A DNA stretch of 58,119 nucleotides, taken from positions 15,858,549 through 15,916,667 of the forward strand of contig NC_057749.1 in NCBI RefSeq assembly GCF_004010195.1, written 5' to 3'. Below, in pieces: positions 48,025 to 58,119 of this stretch; the stretch's first letter is position 1; each line of letters starts with the position of its first letter. Source of the DNA: Chiloscyllium plagiosum. Its lineage: Eukaryota. The translations under genes and the position numbers were made by a program. The notes under the pieces are model-generated. The model saw only the letters and a list, made by a program, of their open reading frames with translations. It did no database searches and had not been told where the DNA came from.

Positions 48025-50789
48025 CTACACAAGGGAGAGAAAGCTCCCAATCATTGTGTCCACTGTGTCCAGTGGTGCCCAGCTGGATGTTAAGTGCTGG
48101 AGGTACACAGCAGTACAGCACAGAGAGTAACCATTCAGCCTATTCAATCTCCAAAAGGAAAGCTGCGCAGTTTCTTCCACTCTTCAGCCCCATCCCCATT
48201 TCCCTACAACTCTGTTTCTCCGTCAAATATTTCCCCAAAGCCGTTGTCATTTTATAAGCTATTATTGGATACATTTCCATCGCCCTACCAGGTAGAACAT
48301 TCCAGACTTTAACCACTTTTAGAGAATCATGTTTCCCTCTTGTTCCCTCCAGGCACAGAAAACAAACCCACTTCAAAGCCCTTCATCAGCAAACATCTCC
48401 ATCAGCGTTCTTCCTCACTTGCTCGATCTAAGGAGAATGACCCGAGCTACTACATGTTCTCTGTGTCACGGTAATCCCTCTCCCTTTAGCCATTTTAGTC
48501 AATCTCCGCTACTCCCTTCGCAAACCACAGGCAGCTCTCTTGGTTTTTAAAATTTCAATCACAAGATGAGGGCATCGCTGGCTGGGTCAGCATTTATTGC
48601 CCATCCCTAATTGCCCAGAGGACAGTGTAGAGTCAACCACATTGCTGTGGATCTGGAGTCACAGGTAGGCCAGACCAGGTAAGGATGGCAGTTTCCTTCC
48701 CTGAAAGACATTAGTGAACCAGATGGGCTTCTCAGCAATTGACAACAATTTCTTAGTCATTAGACGCTTAATTCCAGATTTTAATTGCACTGGAATTAGG
48801 GGGATTCAAACCCGTATCCCCAGATCATTACCTGGCTCTCTAGATTAATAATCTAGCAATAATTCCACTAAACCATTGCCTTGCCAAACTATCCCATTAT
48901 CAAGTGCTAACCATTAATTCACTAATGTTCTCTAGGGATGGAAACTACTGTCCTTACCTGGTCTGGCCTACATATGACTCCAGACCCACAGCAACATGGC
49001 TCATTCTAAAATCCCCTCTGAGCTATGAATGCTGACCCAGCCAACAACTGGCACATCCCATGAATGAACTTTAAAAATTGCTGTTTATGAGAAATAAGTC
49101 ATCATCCAGCCTGAGAGCAACCTGTTCTCACCAAGTATGGGACAAGGCAAGGGGACAGATCCCCAGGACCCTTCCTAAAGACCAATGTCGCAGACCTGGA
49201 CACAATCTCCCCCTAGGGCTGGGGAACCAGGATGACTGCAGGATGAACTAGTGTTTCACAAAGTTTTTGATCTTTGCACTCTGCACCTCTACGTTTGTAA
49301 CCTATAGGATCCCATAGCTTTTATTAACCAGTGATGGGATTGGCCTGGGATTGGGATTAATACCTCTCTACCACCCCAGGCAAACCTGTTCTGAGTCAGA
49401 CCGCAATCAGGTATGTGATGAAGAGCTTATGCTCAAAATATTGACTCTCCTGCTCTTCAGATGCTGCCTGACCTGCTGTGCTTTTCCAGCATATGCAGTC
49501 CTCATTTTCTCCCAGCAATCACACATGTCACCAACTAACCAGTGTTTGACCTTTAGGGATGGGGTGCTGGATCACAGAACTGGTTCCTCTCAGACAAAGC
49601 GGTGAACTAAAGGTATGACTACTTTTCCCTTCTTAAACCTGAGACAGCCCCTAGTTATTTAATTTACTCCTTTACCTTCTTGCTCCTATCTCTCACTGGG
49701 GTAGGCCAAACCCTGATTTACGGATTCCAATTTTTGAAATAAACTCACAGCAAAATCCTTCAAGATGAAATCAAGATGGGATTTAGTAACAAAGCATTCA
49801 ATAAATTATATTGCTACTCCAGTCACACAGCCGCACACTCAGGAAGGCAAGAAAGATAGGAGAGGGGAGGAAATAGGTGATAAATGACAAGCCCAAAATC
49901 AGCTCATCTAAGTTACGGCTTCCTGGTGGTCAGTGGTCAATAATAGTTTTGTCAGTGAGCTGAACCCATCGTTTCCTTTCTAACAGGCAAGCAACTTGGA
50001 GAGAGAGAGAGAGAGATGGAGATTCTGAGGTCACAAAGCCACCTCAGCCCAGAGCCTCACACTCCCCCTGGAGGACATGATGTGGAGGTGCAGGTTTAAA
50101 TCTTGATATATGTCATTACCTCAATACATATGCATCCTCATTATATTAGACTCAACACTCTGTTGTTTGGCACAGGAGTTAGGTGGACAAAGTCAGAAGG
50201 AGCAGCGTTCCAAAAGCTTGTGATTTCAAACAAGCCTGTTGGACTATAACCTGGTGTCATGTGACTTCATCCTCTGGAGGTCAAACAGCAACTCAACTAG
50301 AATCCTAGAATTGTATATTTAAGCTCTTCAGCAGGTTACCATTTAAGTGTGTGATCAGAACAGGCATTTAGGGTGCCAATGGCCCACATCTCAGGCAGAC
50401 TAATTGGAAATCTGCTGAGCTAACAGTGTAGCTTTACCTACCCCAACAGAGTTTGCACTGAGAGGTGAAGTTGTAATTATGAAACCATTAGCGCCTATTT
50501 TAGCATAATAGATTTTGAGATTTACCGTTGTCCAGTGCAAGTTGGAGACAGACAGTCTCTCTCAAAAGCCTTTGGGTCAGCTTTAGCTTGATTATTGATA
50601 CAATACAAGGGGTTTTGGAAGCTTCTGGAAATAGGTCCACCAAATCTGACTAATTTTAAAAGTAACAGGATTTAAATATGAAAAAATAGATATGAAGACA
50701 GTTTTCTTTGGAGATCCCTTCATGTCCTCTGGCTAGGAGCAAGTGTCTTTGGAGAGAAAGAATTTCTACAGCAGCAGATACAGGAAGAA

Positions 50790-51451
50790 ATAAGGTAATG
50801 AGGTGTCAGTGGGGGAGCACTTTGGAGCCAGTGACCATAATTATATTAGTCTTAAAATAGTGATGGAAAAGGATAGACCAGATCTAAAAGTTGGAGTTCT
50901 AAATTGGAGGAAGGCTAACTTTGATGGTATTAGGCAAGAATTTTCAAAAGCTGATTGGGGGGCAGATGTTCGTAGGTAAAGGGATGGTTGGAAAATGGAA
51001 AGCCTTCAGAAATGAGATAACGAGAGTCCAGAGACAATGTATTCCTGTCAGGGTGAAAGGAAAGGCTGGAAGGTGTAGGAAATGCTGGATGACGAGAGAC
51101 ATTGAGGGTTTGGTTATGAAAAAGAAGGAAGCATATGTCAGGTATAGACAGGATAGATCGCGTGAATCCTTAGAAGAGTATAAAGGAAGTAGGAGTATAC
51201 TTAAGAGGGAAATCAGGAGGGCAAAAAGGGGACATTGGTAAATAGGGTTAAGGATAATCCAATGGGTTTTTATAAGTACTTTAAGGACAAAAGGGTAACT
51301 AGGGAGAGAATAGGGCCCCTCAAAGATCAGCAAGGCAGCCTTTGTGTGGAGCCACAGAAAATCGGGGAGATACTAAATGAATATTTTGCATCAGTATTTA
51401 CTGTGGAAAAGGATGTGGAAGATATAGACTGTAGGGAAATAGATGGTGACA
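50790..51451 (+). mobile_element. CR1 LINE ORF2 fragment running into the assembly gap (continues at ~52349-52458)
   Basis: GEHFGASDHN..., KREIRRAKRGH, VKDNPMGFYKYFKDKRVTRERIGPLKDQQG...EILNEYFASVFT. After the gap: EYRSWEVMLRLYRTLVRPLLEYCVQFWSP. Confidence 0.9.
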
Positions 51452-52200
51452 NNNNNNNNNNNNNNNNNNNNNNNNNNNNNNNNNNNNNNNNNNNNNNNNN
51501 NNNNNNNNNNNNNNNNNNNNNNNNNNNNNNNNNNNNNNNNNNNNNNNNNNNNNNNNNNNNNNNNNNNNNNNNNNNNNNNNNNNNNNNNNNNNNNNNNNNN
51601 NNNNNNNNNNNNNNNNNNNNNNNNNNNNNNNNNNNNNNNNNNNNNNNNNNNNNNNNNNNNNNNNNNNNNNNNNNNNNNNNNNNNNNNNNNNNNNNNNNNN
51701 NNNNNNNNNNNNNNNNNNNNNNNNNNNNNNNNNNNNNNNNNNNNNNNNNNNNNNNNNNNNNNNNNNNNNNNNNNNNNNNNNNNNNNNNNNNNNNNNNNNN
51801 NNNNNNNNNNNNNNNNNNNNNNNNNNNNNNNNNNNNNNNNNNNNNNNNNNNNNNNNNNNNNNNNNNNNNNNNNNNNNNNNNNNNNNNNNNNNNNNNNNNN
51901 NNNNNNNNNNNNNNNNNNNNNNNNNNNNNNNNNNNNNNNNNNNNNNNNNNNNNNNNNNNNNNNNNNNNNNNNNNNNNNNNNNNNNNNNNNNNNNNNNNNN
52001 NNNNNNNNNNNNNNNNNNNNNNNNNNNNNNNNNNNNNNNNNNNNNNNNNNNNNNNNNNNNNNNNNNNNNNNNNNNNNNNNNNNNNNNNNNNNNNNNNNNN
52101 NNNNNNNNNNNNNNNNNNNNNNNNNNNNNNNNNNNNNNNNNNNNNNNNNNNNNNNNNNNNNNNNNNNNNNNNNNNNNNNNNNNNNNNNNNNNNNNNNNNN
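51452..52200. other. Assembly gap (749 N)
   Basis: Run of N. Confidence 1.
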
Positions 52201-52822
52201 CCCTTTTTTTAGCTTTGACAAAGGGTCAGTTAGACTCAAAACGTCAGCTCTTTTCTCTCCTTACAGATGCTACCAGACCTGCTGAGATTTTCCAGCATTT
52301 TCTCTTTTGGTTTCAGATTCCAGCATCCGCAGTAATTTGCTTTTATTTTATTGAGTACAGGAGTTGGGAGGTCATGTTGCGGCTGTACAGGACATTGGTT
52401 AGGCCACTGTTGGAATATTGTGTGCAATTCTGGTCTCCTTCCTATTGGGAGGATGCTGTGATGACAGCACTGGCTAATCCAGTTAATGAAGCATTGTACC
52501 CGGCTCTTGAACAGTTCAGGAGAAAAGAAGCAAATTTAAAGTTCGGGAGATAGTACAGAATCCAACACAAACACCAATGGGAAGTTTATATGGTAAATAT
52601 ATTAGTTTTATGAATTTTCTTCGCACAGGAAGAGACTATTTGTTCCATCTAGTCTGTGCTTCACCCAAAACACCTGACCTCCTTTATGTCACCTTGTTCT
52701 TAACTCAGTGACGGAAATTGTACACAGAGCCTCCTGAATTCATCAGAAATCACCTGCATCTTGTAAAATGTAAACTGGATGATATACAAGTCTTGCTGTT
52801 ACTCAGTCTGTGGAGACGTTAC

Positions 52823-52965
52823 TTAATATTTGTTCAGGCTTCTCAAAGAATTTTCACAATGTGACCGCTCTCAATATGCTTGCTGGCTGTCCCTTTGTGT
52901 TTTGCCCAGTCTGACTTTGGGTTTTGTAACCATAGAATCTGTAGTTTCCAGTTGTTACTGTGAGG
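52823..52965 (-). pseudogene. Relic exon E (143 nt)
   Basis: Acceptor tttgccttgtctcAG, donor TAA|GTAACG. Joins D in phase 2: (Y)LTVTTGNYRFYGYKTQSQTGQNTKGQPASILRAVTL*KFFEKPEQIL. It is 1 nt short of a symmetric exon. Confidence 0.5.
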
Positions 52966-53169
52966 CTGAGACAAGGCAAACACCTCACTCTGTTTCTCAG
53001 GGGGTTCAAGGACACTCAGGAAACTGAAGAATCTGTGGGAGAAATGTCAGGGTAACACCAAATGTGTCTTAGTGAAGACCTCAACTCCCATCAGTCCACT
53101 CGACTAATCAGGAACCTGAGGCTGTGTGGTCAGAGCATTTACTCAATGAGCCATTGACTGTGAGGAGAC

Positions 53170-54800
53170 AGCACACCACTCACACACTCACACACTCACA
53201 CAGACACACTCACACAGACACTTGACACACACACATATAGCACAGTCACAGCACTCACAGCACAGCTGCACACACACAACACAATCTCAGCACTCATACA
53301 CACACACACACGCCCACAGCACAGTCACAGCACACAACAGCACAGACACGCACACACACACAGCACAGTCACAACATTCACACACACATGCACACACAGC
53401 ACAGACACAACATTCACACACACACAGCACAGTCACAACATTCACACACACAGCACAGACACAACATTCACACACACACAGCACAGTCACAACATTCACA
53501 CACACAGCACAGACACAACATTCACACACACACAGCACAGTCACAACATTCACACACACAGCACAGACACAACATTCACACACACACAGCACAGTCACAA
53601 CATTCACACACACAGCACAGACACAACATTCACACACACACAGCACAGTCACAACATTCACACACACAGCACAGACACAACATTCACACACACACAGCAC
53701 AGTCACAACATTCACACACACAGCACAGACACAACATTCACACACACACAGCACAGTCACAACATTCACACACACAGCACAGACACAACATTCACACACA
53801 CACAGCACAGTCACAACATTCACACACACAGCACAGACACAACATTCACACACACACAGCACAGTCACAACATTCACACACACAGCACAGACACAACATT
53901 CACACACACACAGCACAGTCACAACATTCACACACACAGCACAGACACAACATTCACACACACACAGCACAGTCACAACATTCACACACACAGCACAGAC
54001 ACAACATTCACACACACACAGCACAGTCACAACATTCACACACACAGCACAGACACAACATTCACACACACACAGCACAGTCACAACATTCACACACACA
54101 GCACAGACACAACATTCACACACACACAGCACAGTCACAACATTCACACACACAGCACAGACACAACATTCACACACACACAGCACAGTCACAACATTCA
54201 CACACACAGCACAGACACAACATTCACACACACACAGCACAGTCACAACATTCACACACACAGCACAGACACAACATTCACACACACACAGCACAGTCAC
54301 AACATTCACACACACAGCACAGACACAACATTCACACACACACAGCACAGTCACAACATTCACACACACAGCACAGACACAACATTCACACACACACAGC
54401 ACAGTCACAACATTCACACACACAGCACAGACACAACATTCACACACACACAGCACAGTCACAACATTCACACACACAGCACAGACCACTCACACACTCA
54501 CACAGCACAGTCACAATATTCACACACACAGACACACAGCATCACAAACAGCACATACACGCGCGGGCGCGCACAAACACACACACACATACACACAGTC
54601 CCTGTCACAGCACACATACTTTCTTACACACACAGAGGCAAACAGGTACAGCACACAGTCAAAGAACTTTCACACATAGACACACAGACAGACACAAAAA
54701 CACAGAATATGCACACAAAGACACAGACAGAACATGCAGAAACCATACCACACACATGCACACAAAAAAGCACATAAGTAGAGACACACACACAATCACG
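53170..54800. repeat. CA-rich satellite; homogeneous core of ~20 copies of a 54-bp (26+28) unit
   Basis: cagcacagacacaacattcacacacaca + cagcacagtcacaacattcacacaca repeated near-perfectly over ~53395-54485, with degenerate flanks. Confidence 0.95.
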
Positions 54801-54969
54801 TCTTAACCCAGGTTTCTATTCTTCAATAACCAAAAGAATAAATTTCAACTCTGTCTGCGTCATGCATCTCATTGCTGATCTTTAGGCCAGCTCCTAATCT
54901 TCATTGAAAAGTGTTGCTGTAGCAACCATAACAGCTTGAGATTTATTACAGGAGAGTCAGCATCTTCAC

Positions 54970-55083
54970 TAGTCCCCCATAAAGGAAGTCGGAATAAAAT
55001 CAGCCTCAAACGTTTGGAAAACCCAAGAAAGTAGAAATACTGGAGGATACATTAGTGCATTTAATGAAATGGATTTCCCATCC
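54970..55083 (-). pseudogene. Relic exon D (114 nt)
   Basis: Acceptor gtttacAG, weak donor GTGAAG. Open, phase 2/2: DGKSISLNALMYPPVFLLSWVFQTFEADFIPTSFMGD. Confidence 0.5.
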
Positions 55084-55189
55084 CTGTAAACTTTTAAAAA
55101 CAGCTTTATGACCCAGGGTAAGAGGTTAGAAAGATGATGTGGCAGAGAAAGTGATTGGTGTGTCACTGTTTATGGGAGAATAAAATTAC

Positions 55190-55985
55190 AGAGAGATCTG
55201 AGTAATTTCAGTGACTGGGCAAAATACATTTTAATATGGGCAAATGTAAGGTCATTCACTAAAAAGGATAGAGCAGGGCATTGTCTAAATGGTAAAAAAA
55301 TCTAGATACTGTGGATGTCCAAAGAGACTTGGGACTCCAGATATTTTGGTGATTAAAAATATCACCAACAGGTACCAAAAATAATCAAAAAAAATTGAAA
55401 TACTGGCCTTTGTACCTGGAGGGCCAGAGAAACAGGAATGACTGTCATGCTGAAGCTGTCAGGGTTTCAACCTGAAACATTAACTCTATTTTTTTCTCTC
55501 CACAGACACTGCGAGACTGACTGAGTTTCTCCAACATTGCTCACACTTTTCTTTCAAACACTGAAGGTTTGAACTGCACATGACAAACTATGTTCGATGT
55601 GGGAAAACATGAAATTGTCCACCTTGGCAGAAAAAATAATAAAGCAGCATATTATTGAAATAGTGGAGTTTCAGAATTCTTGGATGCAGAGGGACCTAGG
55701 TGTCCTAGTGTGGGAATCACAGAAGCATTGCCTGCAGCTACAGCAAGAAATCAGGGAAGCTAATGGAATTCCATCATTTATTGCTAAGGGTAATTGAATG
55801 TAAAAAGAGTTGGGAGGTTATGCCTCACTTGTACAGGGCAGTGGTGAGATCACATCTGGAGGACTGTGTGCAGTATTGTTGGAAAAGGTTCAGAGAAGAT
55901 TTACTAAATTAATATGTGGATGAGGCAGGCTGTCTTATGAAGCAAGGTTATACAGGCTAGGCCTGTATCCACTGCAGTTCAGAAT
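55190..55985 (+). mobile_element. Old CR1 RT 3' fragments
   Basis: Degenerate QRDLGVLV...LYRAVVRSHLEDCVQY...LEKVQRRFTKL motifs. Confidence 0.65.
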
Positions 55986-56614
55986 CTATACTATTTCCAG
56001 TGAAGATAAACCTCTGGAGCTTGACTTGTTCTGAGGAATCTTCCAGCCTTTGGTCCTCCAAACCAGCGTGCTTCTCCCTCCACACTGCCTCTGCCTCACT
56101 CTCCATCACTCCTCCTTCAGCTACCTTGTTTCACAATGAACAACTTTGCTGCTGTGCACTTCTTTATCTTCACAATCTTTCTCAGTATGCTCCTCTTCTG
56201 CTAATGATTCGTTCTTTCAGATTCCAGTCACCATTGTAAACATCTACTCCCTCCACCACTGGTGCTCAGTAGCAGCAGTGTGTACCATCTACAAGATGCA
56301 CTGCAGAAATACACCGAAGATCCTCAGACAGCACCTTCCAAATCCACAACCACTACCATCTAGAAGGGGAACACCCCCTCCCTCCCCCACCCCCCCACCG
56401 TGCAAGTTCCCCTCCAAGCCACTCACTGTCCTGATTCAGAAATATATCACTGTTCCTACACTCACTGGGTTTAATTCCCTCCCTAAGGGCATTGTGGACT
56501 GCAGTGGTTTAAGAAGGCAGCTAACCCCCACCCTGTCAAGGTCAACTAGGGATGGGCAGTAAATTCTGTTCCAGCCAGCGATACCCATATCCCTTTCACC
56601 ATTCACAGTCTTAC

Positions 56615-56714
56615 AAAGAGCTTTGAGACTTCTGTTTCTGTAATGTGCTGCTGTATTGAAGCTTATTTATAAAAATGTCATGTAGAATCGACATAACTCT
56701 GGCATCAGTGACAC
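56615..56714 (-). pseudogene. Relic exon C (100 nt)
   Basis: Acceptor ttttgtctctcAG, donor TTT|GTAAGA. Reads VSLMPELCRFYMTFL*ISFNTAAHYR..., with one stop and a probable frameshift near the 3' end. Confidence 0.6.
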
Positions 56715-57249
56715 CTGAGAGACAAAATACCTTCCACACGGACCTGTGTTTATCTGGGCAGGAAATGTCTACAGTTGAAACCATAAGTGACACTTTGAAT
56801 TTTGATAGGAGCAGAAGGCACTTTTTGAGAATTGGCTTGGGAGAAGGCTGCTCTTTACAGTGAGTATAAAACAGACAACAGGTTATTTGAAGTGGACAGA
56901 GGATGAATATAGAGACAAAACACAAATTGGAACCAAATGCACTCAGAGTATTTACATATTTAACTGCTTATAGGTTCCTGAGCCACTGAAAATTTCCAGC
57001 TTCTTCAGTTATTCATTTCCTTTCACCCACTTGTATCAACCCACTCTGGGGTTTTTTTGAGATTCTTAAACCCCAGCCATCACAGCACCTCGTAGCACTA
57101 TCTGATTGACATTTCTTCACTCCAGTGACACACAGTCCAGTCAATTCATTCTTGGAAATGTTAGAAACATCTGCATTTATTGGCCGTAACTCATCACCCT
57201 GAACATGAGTGACTCATTGATTACCCCACTTTGGAGTCAATCTGTCCTA

Positions 57250-57500
57250 CTGTAGAGGAGCATTAGCCTGTATCTCATTCTGTACCTTTCCTGTTCTGGG
57301 AATGTTTGATGGGAGGAAAGTGTAGAGAGAGTTTTACTCTGTATCTAACTTTTTGCTGTCCCTGTCCTAGGAGTAGAGGGAACTTTACTCAATGTCTAAT
57401 CCCATGCTGTCCCTGTCCTGGGAGTGTTTGATGGTGGACAGTGTAGAGGGAGCTTTACTCAGTGTCTAAACCCCATGCGGTCCCTGTCCTGGGAGGGTTT
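57250..57500. repeat. Degenerate tandem repeat (~50-70-bp units, ~4 copies)
   Basis: Recurring gtagagggagctttactc...tctaa...gctgtccctgtcctgggagtgtttgatgg. Confidence 0.75.
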
Positions 57501-57628
57501 CATATTGAAATAGCAAAATGACCATGGAATCATTCCATCATCTCTCAGGTGTATTTTAATTAGCTACATTTACTAAAAATGACATCTAAATTGTATTTCT
57601 GGTTGTGAGATGGATCAGTTCCACTCAC

Positions 57629-57696
57629 CACACTCGAACCCGCAGCATTGAGACACCAGCCAGAGTGCAGTAGGAGAGGACAGCAGACGTCTCTCC
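57629..57696 (-). pseudogene. Relic exon B (68 nt)
   Basis: Acceptor attattgcAG, donor GTG|GTGAGT. Phase 1/0 joins exon A and gives GRDVCCPLLLHSGWCLNAAGSSV. Confidence 0.6.
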
Positions 57697-57827
57697 CTGC
57701 AATAATGTCAATGATCTTCAGCATTGACCAGGGCAGGCTGGTTCAATGTATCCACTGAAAGGTAGCACCATTGACAATGCTGCACTCCCACAGCATGGTA
57801 CTGGACCACCTTCACTGTAACACTAAC

Positions 57828-58058
57828 CTGTCCCAGAGTGCAGCCAGTCAGGACCCTGGGGTGTAATTGAACAGAAGGATTTCTCTGAGGGAGCGATGTT
57901 CAGAGGCAGTTCTTGTTTCTGGTCCATCGCTAATATTGTCTCGATAATGTGAACACCGAGGACAATGCTTCAATACTATACCCCCCACAGCCCAACTCTT
58001 CACTTTTCTGTCCAATCACAAGTCTTTTCTGTTGAATTTGGTCAGCAGCCCCGCCCAC
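57828..58058 (-). pseudogene. Relic exon A (231 nt)
   Basis: Acceptor ggttttttAG, donor CAG|GTTAGT. The 3' part reads SIVLGVHIIETILAMDQKQELPLNIAPSEKSFCSITPQGPDWLHSGT; the 5' part has four stops in this frame. Confidence 0.55.
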
Positions 58059-58119
58059 CTAAAAAACCAGCACCACCCCCTCCACCAACCTCACACCCAC
58101 ACCCCCTCCCATACACACA

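Larger units (their letters stand above)
33666..58058 (-). pseudogene. Multi-exon decayed gene of unidentified family, convergent with MAP1A (5' end probably outside the window)
   Basis: Series of unique, non-repeat islands bounded on the minus strand by pyrimidine-tract AG and GT donors. Several junctions are phase-compatible and several exon lengths are multiples of 3 (231, 114, 165, 87, 117). Peptides are protein-like but contain many in-frame stops and frameshifts. Confidence 0.6.

Noticed and set aside
51235..52285. 280-325-aa ORFs
   Set aside because: Artefacts of the N gap; only the flanking CR1 fragments are real.
53222..54806. 400-485-aa His/Thr or Cys/Val ORFs
   Set aside because: Translations of the CA-rich satellite.
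33000..58119. PPIP5K1 as the expected convergent neighbour
   Set aside because: No recognisable PPIP5K1 C-terminal motifs in any minus-strand island.

Overview
Eukaryotic genomic DNA from a cartilaginous fish, most likely a shark; this is inferred from HE1/V-SINE-type SINEs, CR1 LINE remnants and Penelope-like elements. The left half holds the 3' five coding exons of MAP1A on the + strand (83, 141, 9979, 233 and 156 nt, all GT-AG and phase-compatible). They encode at least about 3530 aa, with an expanded higher-order K/E/D tandem repeat inside the giant exon, followed by an apparently ~8 kb 3' UTR. The right half looks intergenic in the ORF track. On the minus strand, however, it carries a chain of more than 12 splice-bounded, stop- and frameshift-riddled exons (about 58058 down to 33666). 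They reconstruct into a large protein I cannot name, with an internally repeated QGPD[WF][LV]H[ST]xT motif, so this is a candidate unitary pseudogene converging tail-to-tail on MAP1A. Other notable items: an antisense coding-like block inside the MAP1A 3' UTR, fossil minimal hammerhead ribozymes in Penelope termini, a ~180-bp foldback hairpin, a 29-bp G-rich minisatellite, a 54-bp CA-rich satellite, a probable solo LTR and a 749-nt assembly gap. Repeat boundaries are approximate (read by eye).
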